Source: an uncultured virus (IMG/VR IMGVR_UViG_3300027659_000012) (lineage: Duplodnaviria > Heunggongvirae > Uroviricota > Caudoviricetes). From it: 64,000 bases of DNA. The notes under the pieces are model-generated. The model was not told the origin of the DNA, did not search any database, and saw only the letters and a program-made list of their open reading frames with translations. Both the position numbers and the translations under genes were made by a program. Position 1 is the first letter of the stretch. Every line of letters starts with the position of its first letter. Positions 36,702-47,069 of this stretch are shown one piece after another. The stretch is taken from IMG/VR virus record IMGVR_UViG_3300027659_000012. One strand, 5' to 3'.

Positions 36702-36715
36702 TTATTTATAAATAA
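36702..36715. promoter_or_regulatory. Palindromic back-to-back late promoters
   Basis: TTATTTATAAATAA contains TATAAATA on both strands between divergent genes. Confidence 0.75.
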
Positions 36716-36738
36716 GGAAGACTGCAACAAGTCATCAT

Positions 36739-37734
36739 ATGGATTTTGTAAAGGAACTCGCGAAGATACTTAAAGATGCAAAAGTCGAAAGACCTAAAAA
36801 AGACATCATAGTTAAATCGAAAGATCGTAACTCCTCGAAAGATATCATAGAGAAATGGCTTAAGAAAAATAAGATAATATACAAAGATGTATTCAAAGCG
36901 TCAAAATCATCCAGCATAAACGTATTTGAGCTTACGGGTATAGCAGATATTATCTTTAAACCCATTATCCAAAAAGGAGCCGGCGGTGTCAAGTTTGAAC
37001 ACGAACTTGAGAGAGATTTAAAAAACTACTGGAATGGAGTAGAAAAGAAAGATTTGCAGCATGGAGATGTCCTTATAGAAATGGAAAAAGTAGTAAAGAT
37101 ATCGCCTAAAGATGTATGGACTACAGTGCCTATGGGATCACAAAATCAAAGGCGTTTACTTACTTTTAATGGAGCAAATTTATCTGTATCAAATTCAACA
37201 GGGAAAACTCTTACTGACATCACCCTTAAAAATAGCGCTGGAAAAGAAGTCTATTTGTCCCTTAAAATGTCGAAATCGTTTTATATTTTATCTGCAGCAG
37301 TTGAACAATATTTTGCTAATGCAACTACTCAGGTGAAATTGTGTAAATTTTTTGGATTGGATGGTTATAAAATGGGAGGATTTGGAGCTAAGTATCAATG
37401 CGACACGGGAAAAGCAAATTATTCAAAAGCAAAGGACAATATTCAAAACTTTCTAAGTGAAGTATATGGCACAGATGTCATCATCATCCATAAAAAAACG
37501 GCTGGAGATGTGAAAGTTTCAAAGATTACAAAAGGAGCTTTTTCTAAAATAGCGCTAAATGCTTTAAATGAAGATTCTTATGTGTACCCCGAACCTGGAG
37601 TTCGAAAGTATGCAGTGATTAAAATGCGAGGTACGATTAATGGAGCCTCATATAAAATAGATTTTCAATTTAGAGGCACAACAGCATCTGATACCGGCCC
37701 AAAATATCTAAGAATATTATTGGAACGAATCTAA
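36739..37734 (+). CDS. Hypothetical protein, possible PD-(D/E)xK nuclease
   Basis: AT-rich and basic; KFEHEL..LTDI..YLSLK pattern. Confidence 0.5.
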   Translation: MDFVKELAKILKDAKVERPKKDIIVKSKDRNSSKDIIEKWLKKNKIIYKDVFKASKSSSINVFELTGIADIIFKPIIQKGAGGVKFEHELERDLKNYWNGVEKKDLQHGDVLIEMEKVVKISPKDVWTTVPMGSQNQRRLLTFNGANLSVSNSTGKTLTDITLKNSAGKEVYLSLKMSKSFYILSAAVEQYFANATTQVKLCKFFGLDGYKMGGFGAKYQCDTGKANYSKAKDNIQNFLSEVYGTDVIIIHKKTAGDVKVSKITKGAFSKIALNALNEDSYVYPEPGVRKYAVIKMRGTINGASYKIDFQFRGTTASDTGPKYLRILLERI

Positions 37735-38184
37735 TTAGCAATAGATACTCATCAGCGCCTTCTCACTCTGGAGTGCATCAATCTCCCAAGGTAATTCTTC
37801 ATATTCAACGGTGTTACTATCGAACCTCTCGCCTTCCCAGATCGAGATGTTGGAATTCTCATAGTCATATCTCAGTTGACCGCACGAATATTGTTTGACA
37901 TGCGACATCTCATGAGCCAGAGTCGTGATCATCAACTCTTTATTTTCCGGAGTAAAGTCAATACGAATGATGAATTCATAGTGTTTTCCACCTACAGCAA
38001 AATCATCAGCTAAACAATCGCCGTGAATGCCTTCTCCCTCTAAAAGATCATGAACCATCTGAACGATGATCTTCAATCTTCGCTTTCTTGGCATCAGTTT
38101 TTTGATGAAGAATTGGGCAGAATCTTTTATAATCCTGCCCAATTCCTTATCTTTCGAACATCCGTTGACTCTTACTTCAATCAA
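37735..38184 (-). CDS. Zinc metallopeptidase-like protein
   Basis: TLAHEMSHVKQY..PWEIDA. Confidence 0.75.
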   Translation of the reverse strand: MIEVRVNGCSKDKELGRIIKDSAQFFIKKLMPRKRRLKIIVQMVHDLLEGEGIHGDCLADDFAVGGKHYEFIIRIDFTPENKELMITTLAHEMSHVKQYSCGQLRYDYENSNISIWEGERFDSNTVEYEELPWEIDALQSEKALMSIYC

Positions 38185-38850
38185 TTAAGGTATATTTATG
38201 AATACCTTAGCAAGTGCCTCGGCGCACAGTCTGGCAACCTCGATGTGCTCTTTCTGCGTACCGTTGCCGCTTCGAACATCGATGTAATGAATCCAACTGC
38301 GAATGGTGCCGTTCATGTACATTCGACTCATCATGTTTCCTTCAGGCAACACCGAGCGAGCCACTTCTTTAGCGATGCCTTGCTTGATTGCCCATTGATA
38401 GGTACTGATCGCTTGCTCGTTGTTTGCCAACTGAATCATTTTCCATTTAGCCTGCAAATCATCATCATCGGTATCCACCGAATTTTGACGATTCTTTTCA
38501 TCTTGCAATCGAGCCTCACGCACCACCATCGGCAATGCCGCGACCGGATCGGCGTATCGCTGAGAGAACTCTTGAAAGGAGAACGAGCGATGCCGCAAGA
38601 TCTGACGAGCAATGTCACGAGTCGTCTCGATCTCTAGCACGGCATTACACATCTCGAAAGGAGAGAAATGCTTGTGCTTCAGGAGATACGCGATCAACTT
38701 ATCGATGGTGTCTGTATTCAGCTGATTACTTGGATTTGATACTCGAGCGCAGAAGCCGATCAAATCCTTAATATCCTTCACCTCCGTTCCGGCAAAATAC
38801 TCTGCATCCGGAATGGTGTAGCCAACTAATTTTACTTTTGTATGTGTCAT
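38185..38850 (-). CDS. thyX: Flavin-dependent thymidylate synthase
   Basis: ARVS, HFSPFE, RHRSFSFQEFSQRY, ARSVLP. Confidence 0.95.
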   Translation of the reverse strand: MTHTKVKLVGYTIPDAEYFAGTEVKDIKDLIGFCARVSNPSNQLNTDTIDKLIAYLLKHKHFSPFEMCNAVLEIETTRDIARQILRHRSFSFQEFSQRYADPVAALPMVVREARLQDEKNRQNSVDTDDDDLQAKWKMIQLANNEQAISTYQWAIKQGIAKEVARSVLPEGNMMSRMYMNGTIRSWIHYIDVRSGNGTQKEHIEVARLCAEALAKVFINIP

Positions 38851-40253
38851 TAAACTTTGAATCCTGAGAAGTTCTTTGCTTTGGTTCCTGCGCTGAATGG
38901 AGTGGAGGCCACCGGAGGTGGAGCACTCGATTCACCGGAGATGTTTGCGGTCGGGTCAGCGATGTCATATAATCGCATCTTGGCCAGATCTACACCGACA
39001 GTGAATCGCTTGTTAGCAGTAGGGTCATTGTATCTATTCTTCAATTGCTTGACCATAATCTGATTCATCTTATCGAGCTGCTCGGTACGAATGAATGCCA
39101 ACATCAGGTCTGCAGTCGCAGGCAGACCAAACGATTCAGAGGTATCGGTGATCTCGACATCAGATGAAGAGAAGCCTGCTCTCGTAACCTGAGTTGCACT
39201 CCAGATCGGGACATTGAATTCAACGGCCAATCCGCGAATCTCCTCGGCAATCGACTTGATCAACGAATAGGTATTGACCGATCCACCCAAACCTTTCATA
39301 CGAGACGAAGCACAGATATTCAGGTAATCGACGTAGATGATATCGGGAACGAAGTTTTTCTTGAGCTTCAACTCATTCAGCAATGCCCTAAAGTGGCCGC
39401 AATGAGCCGCCGCTGTAGGATATTCCTTGATGATCAGTTTGCCATGAGTCTTCTCGGAAATCTTCTTGACTTTGCTGTTAAACGTGTCCTTCGATAGGTT
39501 GACGATCTGATCGATTCGAGTATCAAACAGGTTAGCATCGATACGCTCGGCGATCTTCTCCTCGGCCATCTCCAGTGTGATGTACAATACGTTTCGACCT
39601 TGTGCCAGAGCCGCAGAGGCCATATGACACATGCCGAGACTTTTTCCACAACCAGTTCCTGCCAAGATGATGTTGAGCGTCTTACGAGGGATTCCTCCAC
39701 CAGTAATGACGTTGAACATATCCAGGTCGAATGCGATCTTATCTTCCTTCTTATGATAGAAATCGAAACGACCATCTGCATTCTCGAGATAATCATGCCC
39801 GACATTGGTATCAAACGTAACGCTCAACGCCTTAGATAGGATGTCAGGAATCATGCCTTCACCATTTTCTCCACTCTTTCCGTCGATGATAGAAATGGAT
39901 TCCATGATCGCCAGATAGACGGCACGGTCCTTACACCATTTTTCCGTAGAATCTACGAGCCATTCGAGCTCGACCGGTTCAGGTACGTCGATATTACGAA
40001 TCGATTCGGCGATGTTCATTCGATCCGAGGTCGTGACATAGTCAGAGCTCTGAAATTCGATGTCGAGCACCGCACCGTTTGGTAACTTATTGTATTTGCC
40101 GATGAACTTCAATATGAGTTCATAAACGGCTTTATTATGGCCCTCAAAATACTCGGGCTTGATATGTGGTAATGCTTTACGGCAAAAGATCTCGTTCTGA
40201 ATTAAGTTCTTGAGTATGATCGCTTGCAGGTTCTGTTCCATTATTTTCTCCAA
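38850..40253 (-). CDS. gp41: Replicative DNA helicase gp41
   Basis: AGTGCGKS, YITLEMAEE, VDYLNI, SESFGLPATAD, KQLKNRY. Confidence 0.95.
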   Translation of the reverse strand: MEKIMEQNLQAIILKNLIQNEIFCRKALPHIKPEYFEGHNKAVYELILKFIGKYNKLPNGAVLDIEFQSSDYVTTSDRMNIAESIRNIDVPEPVELEWLVDSTEKWCKDRAVYLAIMESISIIDGKSGENGEGMIPDILSKALSVTFDTNVGHDYLENADGRFDFYHKKEDKIAFDLDMFNVITGGGIPRKTLNIILAGTGCGKSLGMCHMASAALAQGRNVLYITLEMAEEKIAERIDANLFDTRIDQIVNLSKDTFNSKVKKISEKTHGKLIIKEYPTAAAHCGHFRALLNELKLKKNFVPDIIYVDYLNICASSRMKGLGGSVNTYSLIKSIAEEIRGLAVEFNVPIWSATQVTRAGFSSSDVEITDTSESFGLPATADLMLAFIRTEQLDKMNQIMVKQLKNRYNDPTANKRFTVGVDLAKMRLYDIADPTANISGESSAPPPVASTPFSAGTKAKNFSGFKV

Positions 40254-40533
40254 TTTTAAATTCGCTTTCTTCGATGATGTTCGCCAATACTTCTCCTAGG
40301 TAGTTATTCAATTCAGTGTCTTCAAATACTACCATTCCATCCGGGCAATCCTCGATCTTGTAATTAAACTTCAGAGTTGCACCGCCAGATTCAGGATTTT
40401 CCTTGATGCCTACTTGTCCGTAGGTATAGACTAGACCTTCCCATTTTCCACTCAGTAATTGTACCGAATAGAAGTCCGACGTTTCTTTTTCTACGAACCG
40501 ATAATCAGTTCCTTCGACTATTTGGCATTGCAT
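40177..40533 (-). CDS. gp40-like head vertex assembly chaperone (tentative)
   Basis: Size and position between uvsX and gene 41, as in T4. Confidence 0.45.
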   Translation of the reverse strand: MQCQIVEGTDYRFVEKETSDFYSVQLLSGKWEGLVYTYGQVGIKENPESGGATLKFNYKIEDCPDGMVVFEDTELNNYLGEVLANIIEESEFKIGENNGTEPASDHTQELNSERDLLP

Positions 40534-40536
40534 ATT

Positions 40537-41610
40537 TTAATTTTCTTGCTCGGGGTTAGAGATTTCTTCTACTGATTCTACGATCATCTCGCGCTGACCG
40601 ACCTGGAATTTATCCTCGATGAACTTGGCGAATGTGGTCTTGGAGAAGATGGTTTCCCAGAAATCCTTGGTCATGGTCTGAGCTTCACGAAGGTTGCCGG
40701 TCAATTCTACCTTATTCAATGGATCATAGCCGGTGTACCAACCATTCTTTGGCTTGACAACGAATCCACCTTGCAATGCAATCTCGAGCAGACCGCTCCA
40801 TTTTTGAATACCACCAGTCCATGAGACAGAGATAGGAATCTTGGACTTTTCTTTGACGAAGCGAGACTTCTCGATGTTGATGATGAAGTGATAGCCTTGA
40901 ATTTCGGTGCCGTCTTTGTCTTGCTGACGACCGATGATCCAGACATTGTCGGCCGAGTACATGATGCCAGTGCCGCCAGAAACGACGGACTTGGAATACA
41001 TTTCCTGGGTTTGATAGGTATGATTGATTGCCAAGAGAGGCACATTCTTCATGGTCAAGTAAGGTGTCGCCATACGGAAAAGACCCTTCAGAGACTTGGC
41101 GCGTGTCATATCGGCGACACTCTTCTCGTTCAGTGCATCTTCCATTTCTTTCTTGGAGGCAAGGTTGCCGACCGAGTCGACGATGATGATAACCTTATCC
41201 TCACGAGAGATGGTGTTGAGCTGATGAACCAGATCGAACTTGAGCTCCTCGATATCCTTGATTGGTGTATGAAGCACACGACTGGTGTCGATGCCAAACG
41301 ATTCGAAATAGGATTGCGGGGAACCAAACTCGGAGTCATAGAACATCAGGATGGCTTCAGGATACTTCTTGAGGTATGCCGCTCCCATGAGCAAGGCGAA
41401 CGAGGTCTTGAAGTGCTTTGATGGACCAGCCAAGACTGTGAGGCCAGAGGTGAGTCCTCCGTCAATAGCACCAGACAGTGCCACGTTAATCATCGGCACC
41501 GCAGTGGTGGTGATGTCTTTTGCAGCATAGAAGATGCTGTCGGTGAGTACCGCACTCTCGGTGATACGAGAGTTCTTTCTTAGTTTTTCGAGTAGTGTGT
41601 TTGTTGCCAT
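40537..41610 (-). CDS. uvsX: RecA-like recombinase UvsX
   Basis: AGPSKHFKT, YDSEFG, DSVGNLASKKE, EKSRFVKEKSKIP. Confidence 0.95.
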   Translation of the reverse strand: MATNTLLEKLRKNSRITESAVLTDSIFYAAKDITTTAVPMINVALSGAIDGGLTSGLTVLAGPSKHFKTSFALLMGAAYLKKYPEAILMFYDSEFGSPQSYFESFGIDTSRVLHTPIKDIEELKFDLVHQLNTISREDKVIIIVDSVGNLASKKEMEDALNEKSVADMTRAKSLKGLFRMATPYLTMKNVPLLAINHTYQTQEMYSKSVVSGGTGIMYSADNVWIIGRQQDKDGTEIQGYHFIINIEKSRFVKEKSKIPISVSWTGGIQKWSGLLEIALQGGFVVKPKNGWYTGYDPLNKVELTGNLREAQTMTKDFWETIFSKTTFAKFIEDKFQVGQREMIVESVEEISNPEQEN

Positions 41611-41656
41611 AGAGCTTGTTAGGTGGATATTCTACCATATCCGGGGAAAATGTACA

Positions 41657-42703
41657 TTATAAAAAGAATGAATCGAGAGAATTATTTTCGATGGTCGGCG
41701 CAGAGGTAGCATCGATTCCTGTCCAATGAGGATAGAATTCGCGAGAAAGGTGAACTGACTGAGGCTTCTCCATCTTGGCAAAGTCTAGCTCACCGATTGA
41801 ATTGGCCAAGTAATCCGTCCAGCGAATCAGTTTTGCCCGAGTCGCGATACGTTCTACTTCATTGGCAAATACTCGTCTGCATTCATTTCGTTGCTCCCAG
41901 GAGCCATAGAAAGGTTGTCCTTTATAGTAGCCAGTTTTCGGTAGCTTACGAGAAGGATTCTCGATCAAGAGCGGTTCATAGATCGAGACGTCATCGATTG
42001 GCAATGCCTCGACCGCATCGACATATCGTTTGACCAGATCCTTGGTATTCTGGACATGATCCGAGGAGATTCTACAAAGGTGATGGCGAATGTCAATGTT
42101 GCCAAAGTAGCATTCCAGAGCTTCGACTTCTTTGACAGGAATGCAATTCTCGATACCGTCATTGATCACACCATTTAGTGTCTTGAACGGAATCGAATTG
42201 ACCGTCCAACCCGGACGATACATACAGATCGAATGAGAATCGCCGATCACTACCTTATTAGTTTTATGAGGGAACTTTACGGTAGGCGCATGGATATGCA
42301 TTCGCTTTAGGTTCTCCATATCCACCTCGAGCCATTCGGGTTGAATCTCCTTATTGTTTTCCTTTGCCTTGAGGATGCGTTCGATGAGCATATCATGATA
42401 CGGAGGGAAATCACATGCTAAAGAGATGACTCGTCCTTTGAACTGAGAGAATGCCTTGACGTTGGCGACGTTAGAATATGCCTGCAGTCCTCCAAAAAGA
42501 TTTAGAGAACCGAACCAATCGTTTCCGTGATAGACATAGAGGGTGTCGTATTGGTTATAGTCCTCGAGCTTACCGCCAAAGTTGATGTCAATATCTACGC
42601 CGAGTTCACGAATCATATCTGCATAGATGACACCTTGAGAGGAGCGATGCGAGGTGGGTCGATCAGAGATCGAATTGAAAGGGCAACTGAGTAGTGCTTT
42701 CAT
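41657..42703 (-). CDS. SGNH-like protein in the DNA-modification cluster
   Basis: VIGDSHS, FGNIDIRHH, SVHLS motifs. Confidence 0.5.
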   Translation of the reverse strand: MKALLSCPFNSISDRPTSHRSSQGVIYADMIRELGVDIDINFGGKLEDYNQYDTLYVYHGNDWFGSLNLFGGLQAYSNVANVKAFSQFKGRVISLACDFPPYHDMLIERILKAKENNKEIQPEWLEVDMENLKRMHIHAPTVKFPHKTNKVVIGDSHSICMYRPGWTVNSIPFKTLNGVINDGIENCIPVKEVEALECYFGNIDIRHHLCRISSDHVQNTKDLVKRYVDAVEALPIDDVSIYEPLLIENPSRKLPKTGYYKGQPFYGSWEQRNECRRVFANEVERIATRAKLIRWTDYLANSIGELDFAKMEKPQSVHLSREFYPHWTGIDATSAPTIENNSLDSFFL

Positions 42704-42738
42704 GTGAGTATTCTATCTTAAATCGGGGTGAATGTAAA

Positions 42739-43728
42739 TTACTTTTTTAAAGAAAATTCTTTAGGGAATATCCAACTATATGGGATTCGTTTGGTCGGAG
42801 ATTTGACTCCATGAGAGATGGCAATGTGCTTATAGAAAAAGCACGTTTTATCCTCGATGTTGAGCATCTTCTGAGAGGTCATTGGATTTCGAGAATCCTC
42901 ACAAAGGATTTGCATCTGCTCTAACCAAAGGCGACACATATCATTTTCAGCAATGAATTGTCCATCTCCATCGATCGAGTATTTCGTCTTGCCATTCACA
43001 TTCTTTCCGCCGAATACTTGAAACAATCCGTCGAAATGTCCGGTGCCGCCATAGAGTACACTCTCAGGATCGACGAGATTCGGAAATGACATGGCAAGGT
43101 AACGTGCTGCATTTTTACAAGGATAGAGTGGGGAACGAAATCCTTGTTCTTCCTTGAAATGCTTCTCCATCAATTTAGCGAATTCCATCATGGTGTATGG
43201 ACGCTCGCGATTCTCGAGATGATGAGCCATGGCCTCGGCCGCTTTCAACGGTCCAGTTAATAACCAGTCCTTGACGTTCGTATTGAGCGGATAATAGATC
43301 TGAAACAAATCGTTTCGAGCATGCCGATCATTGACAAACTTCTCACGAGTAGATTCAACACCATTCTCGATCAGATGCGTCAGAGTCCCCCAGTGTTCAT
43401 TGGTGAATGAGAAGACGAGCGTATACCAAAGAATGTCCTTCAGGTCAGTCATGGTACGCATCAGGTCACAGAAGGGATGCTCGTGCCAATGCAGTCTATG
43501 AGAGAAGATCTGATAATCCTCGGCCAGCAACTTGTCCTCACGCTTGTCGAATGCATGGCAGAACTCAAAGAACTTGTCGAGTCTCTGATCCAATGTCCAG
43601 CCGCGCATCCAACTATCTAAAGGCTTCTTGCCATCCTTGAGCGGGACAGTGAGGTCTGTACCTAGATATGTGATGTTGGTGTATTTCGTTCCGTCCTCAA
43701 TGAAGTCTTCAAGTGTATTATTGTGCAT
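42739..43728 (-). CDS. aGPT-Pplase / amino acid:DNA transferase-like protein 2
   Basis: Paralog of 45382..46581 (NIEDKTC against NVEDVCC; LYGGTG against YYGSNA). Confidence 0.5.
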   Translation of the reverse strand: MHNNTLEDFIEDGTKYTNITYLGTDLTVPLKDGKKPLDSWMRGWTLDQRLDKFFEFCHAFDKREDKLLAEDYQIFSHRLHWHEHPFCDLMRTMTDLKDILWYTLVFSFTNEHWGTLTHLIENGVESTREKFVNDRHARNDLFQIYYPLNTNVKDWLLTGPLKAAEAMAHHLENRERPYTMMEFAKLMEKHFKEEQGFRSPLYPCKNAARYLAMSFPNLVDPESVLYGGTGHFDGLFQVFGGKNVNGKTKYSIDGDGQFIAENDMCRLWLEQMQILCEDSRNPMTSQKMLNIEDKTCFFYKHIAISHGVKSPTKRIPYSWIFPKEFSLKK

Positions 43729-44602
43729 CGTTCTTTTTCCAGTCTCGATATGAATCGGTATTGTCTATGATTGATTTATCATGAAGGATCGGATCGGTCC
43801 CCACGTTCCACATCAAGACGCGCCGACCGCTATTCTTTGGAATCCATTTCCAGACTTTTGCATCGTAAGAGTCGACAGTAGGAAATGGAGGCAGATTTTC
43901 TGGCTTCTCACTCTGAGGGAAATCAAGCGGTTCGCTGATAACATCGGCTCGTCCGAGTTCACCGGCTTTTAGGTTTCGGGCCACGGCAACGCATGTAAAC
44001 TTGGCATTCGGCCAGGCAATCTGAAGCGCCCGGGATAATACTCCGGTCGAGATGGCCACGTAGACCTCATCCGGTTCAGGAATAGTCGAGGCAGCATGCA
44101 CGATGGCTGCAGTAGCCAATTCGTGTTTCAGACCAAGAGGAATGAAGTATGCTCCATTGTCGGCTGCCCACTTCTTGGCGTATAGGTTTAGATTGGGCAT
44201 GGCCGCGATTCGCTCAAAGATCACCTTGGCTCCTCGCTCGATGCAGCACGCCTGATGAACCGAGATGCGCTTGGAGCTTGGCATGAAGAGTACGATCTTC
44301 TTTTCAGGATGGCGCTGAGCGACATCACACAGAGATACACCGGCCAGACCCACACGTGGTTGGCAATATACCAACGTATCTGCCTTGACTTTCGACATCA
44401 GCAAATCGCCGGCTCGAGTCTTGGTTCCGACAGTCAGATCATCTCGAACCACCAAAACACCCTCGTGCTCCACTACCACAGGATTTGGGTTATATGGCAC
44501 CCAACCTTCGCAGAGTGAAAGGTAGTATTCCTTTGCATCCTCTGGGCTCATGAGTCCAATATCTTTATTGAATCCGTCAATGACGTGTGTATCGTGCGAC
44601 AT
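43718..44602 (-). CDS. PLP-dependent fold-type II enzyme (cysteine synthase / TrpB-like)
   Basis: VVRDDL..GTKTR (PLP Lys), FIPLGL, VAISTGVL, YDAKVW, WNVG. Confidence 0.7.
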   Translation of the reverse strand: MSHDTHVIDGFNKDIGLMSPEDAKEYYLSLCEGWVPYNPNPVVVEHEGVLVVRDDLTVGTKTRAGDLLMSKVKADTLVYCQPRVGLAGVSLCDVAQRHPEKKIVLFMPSSKRISVHQACCIERGAKVIFERIAAMPNLNLYAKKWAADNGAYFIPLGLKHELATAAIVHAASTIPEPDEVYVAISTGVLSRALQIAWPNAKFTCVAVARNLKAGELGRADVISEPLDFPQSEKPENLPPFPTVDSYDAKVWKWIPKNSGRRVLMWNVGTDPILHDKSIIDNTDSYRDWKKNDAQ

Positions 44603-44667
44603 GCTAGTATTCTACACTAAATATCTACGCTTGTAAATACTTTTTTACAATTTCATGATCTTTCTGG

Positions 44668-44675
44668 TATAAATA
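44668..44675 (+). promoter_or_regulatory. T4 late promoter TATAAATA
   Basis: Exact motif upstream of the homing endonuclease. Confidence 0.75.
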
Positions 44676-44738
44676 GTACTGTTCGCGGAATTGCCGTTCC
44701 CAACAGCTCTACAATCAAACATTAACCCCAATCGCAGC

Positions 44739-45464
44739 ATGAAATTATTTATAGTCTACCTTATCACGTATCAAGGTAATAAGCTTCCTCCATTCTATAT
44801 TGGCTCTACTTCTTTAGAGAAATTCAATAAAGGATATTCTGGATCAGTATCGTCCAAAGAATACAAAACTCTTTGGAAAACCGAATTGAGAAGTAACCCG
44901 CACCTATTTAAGAGAAGAATAGTTAGTTCATACTTTACTCCCGAGGAAGCAATATCTGCAGAATCTAGGTTTCATTACGTTCTTCGAGTGAATAGAAATC
45001 CGCTTTATGCAAATAAGTGCATAGCCGGAAATTCCCCTAGATCAATGGGATTCGTTGGTCATGGAGAGAATAACCCGATGTTTGGTCACGTCTATAGCGA
45101 TGAAACCCGAGAAAAGATGCGAAACGCAAAACTTGGAAGTAAAGCTAAAGAAAGTACTAAAGAAATTTGGAGGAAAAATCGTAAAGGTCACTGGACCGGA
45201 GACAAAAATCCGACTAAAACAAATCTAACAATGTTAGGTAAAAAGCATTCTGAGGAATCTAAGAAGAAAATGTCAGAATTAGCAAAGGGCAAATATGCTG
45301 GAGATAAAAACCCAATGTATGGAAAGTCAGCAATGAAAGGAAGAAAACATTCTCCAGAAACAAAGGCGAGAATGGCAGAGGCTAGGAAAAAGTACTGGGA
45401 GAATAAGTCCAATCTGCATATTCAGGAAGTTGTTTCACCTTCCTTATGTACTGAATCTCAGTAA
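44739..45464 (+). mobile_element. Free-standing homing endonuclease (GIY-YIG-like plus NUMOD3 repeats), antisense to the cluster
   Basis: IVYLITY..FYIGST; NPMFG / NPMYG..HS.E repeats; AT-rich; overlaps the neighbour's 3' end. Confidence 0.85.
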
Positions 45465-46581
45465 GACCAGCATTTTTGATAACTTGATCTTTGGTGTAAA
45501 CCCCATCAAAGTCATTGAAACTTTTAACTAGACCCAAATCTAGCATGGCTTTTTGTCTTCCATATGGGTGAATAATCTTACTTGAATTCCATATTTTATC
45601 TGCATCCAAGTGATTATACGAATCGCCTGATTTGAAATAATTGGTGAGATACCTTATGAAGTCACAACAGACATCCTCGACGTTATATGGGAATCCACCT
45701 GTGTCGGCAAAAAGATTCATCATGATCTCGTCGACTAACTGCTCGGATTTCATCTTCGTCTTGGCCGTTGCCAGATATGAGATGCTTTGAATCGCGTTGC
45801 TACCGTAATAGAATAGCGATTCCTTATTCACGAACTGAGGAAACCAATCGGCGACATCTGCCACGATCGCGGCATACTGGAAATGGTACTGACGAAGATT
45901 GTTCTTAACGTTCCAGTTCAGCATGAATGAGCCAATCTCGCGAAGATCTTTCTTTCCTCCTTTGACTAAGAAATCTGCCAACTCTCTGGCTAAGCGAGGA
46001 GCAAATTCACAAAGGTAATAGTCTCCACCTTTCTTGTAGCCTTCGACTGGTTTAGGAAATGCCGGAAACTGATAGCCCACTGAGGTGTAGAATGAATTCT
46101 GCTCGTGACGAACGATGTCACACATCTTCTCGATGGTGTCGGCCCGATAGAGCTTAAAGAGAAGCGTATTGTGATAGCCACTCGGCTTCAAGGCATAGTT
46201 AATACCAGAACCGCATACCCGATGAAGGATGAAGACGTAGAGCCATTCGGCCAAACCAAAGACATCTTGCTTTCCGCTCCAGTTATTGGCAACCTCGACT
46301 CGCTGATCGAAGACTTGCCCGGCCTTCATCTTCTCCCAATAAGGGTGACTCTCACTCCAGCCATGAAAGCAATCATGAACGATCTGAGAGAAACCCGCAT
46401 AGGCACGTTCTACTACGTCATACAACTCGACCTTCTCCATCAGGTCATCACCAATATTCGAATCGGCATGGCTAATCATGCCATAAGGAGCATGATCGCT
46501 AACGTTGCATTTCTCTTGCTGCTCTTTTGCCAAGGCATAGTAGCGTAAGAATTCGTCGTAGTATTCCGTCTTTTCGATCAT
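45382..46581 (-). CDS. aGPT-Pplase / amino acid:DNA transferase-like protein 1
   Basis: FQYAAIVADV..YYGSNAIQSI..VEDVCCDFIRY resembles the HhH-derived aGPT-Pplase pattern; likely start MIEKTE. Confidence 0.55.
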   Translation of the reverse strand: MIEKTEYYDEFLRYYALAKEQQEKCNVSDHAPYGMISHADSNIGDDLMEKVELYDVVERAYAGFSQIVHDCFHGWSESHPYWEKMKAGQVFDQRVEVANNWSGKQDVFGLAEWLYVFILHRVCGSGINYALKPSGYHNTLLFKLYRADTIEKMCDIVRHEQNSFYTSVGYQFPAFPKPVEGYKKGGDYYLCEFAPRLARELADFLVKGGKKDLREIGSFMLNWNVKNNLRQYHFQYAAIVADVADWFPQFVNKESLFYYGSNAIQSISYLATAKTKMKSEQLVDEIMMNLFADTGGFPYNVEDVCCDFIRYLTNYFKSGDSYNHLDADKIWNSSKIIHPYGRQKAMLDLGLVKSFNDFDGVYTKDQVIKNAGLTEIQYIRKVKQLPEYADWTYSPSTFS

Positions 46582-46582
46582 A

Positions 46583-47026
46583 TTATTCAGTGATATAGAC
46601 CGCAGTCTCACGACCGCCACACTTGAAGTTAATAACTGCATCTTCGCCGGTCCAGCGAATTGCCGAGATTTGCTTCGAAGCTTCAGCGCTTGTTGGACGA
46701 TTGAGAAAGTCACGACCTTCGACTTGGCCATCCATACCACCTCGGCAATACGAGACGATGAATGAGCAATAGTTGATCATGTCCTTGGCGCTATCCTCGA
46801 CGCTTTCGAAGTTCGGGACATAAGAAGGATCATGTTCCATTGCAGCGATCACACTGCGAAGGCGAAGCATCTTGGCATGGACGATATCCAGCAAGGTCGA
46901 AACCCCGCGAGGATAATAGTCGGCTTGCTTAATGATGCTATGCGAGTTCTGATAATCGTTACCCTTCTTACGTTGAAGGTTGGCGCATTCGTCTAGTACC
47001 TTGATTGATTCCTTATCGTTTTCCAT
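46583..47026 (-). CDS. Nucleotide-modification-associated all-alpha NTP-PPase-like protein (Nmad1 / DUF1599-like)
   Basis: KKGNDY..KMLRL..ESVEDSAKDMINY. Confidence 0.7.
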   Translation of the reverse strand: MENDKESIKVLDECANLQRKKGNDYQNSHSIIKQADYYPRGVSTLLDIVHAKMLRLRSVIAAMEHDPSYVPNFESVEDSAKDMINYCSFIVSYCRGGMDGQVEGRDFLNRPTSAEASKQISAIRWTGEDAVINFKCGGRETAVYITE

Positions 47027-47069
47027 GTTGGGAGTATTTTATATTGTTTTGAGTAATTTGTACACATCT

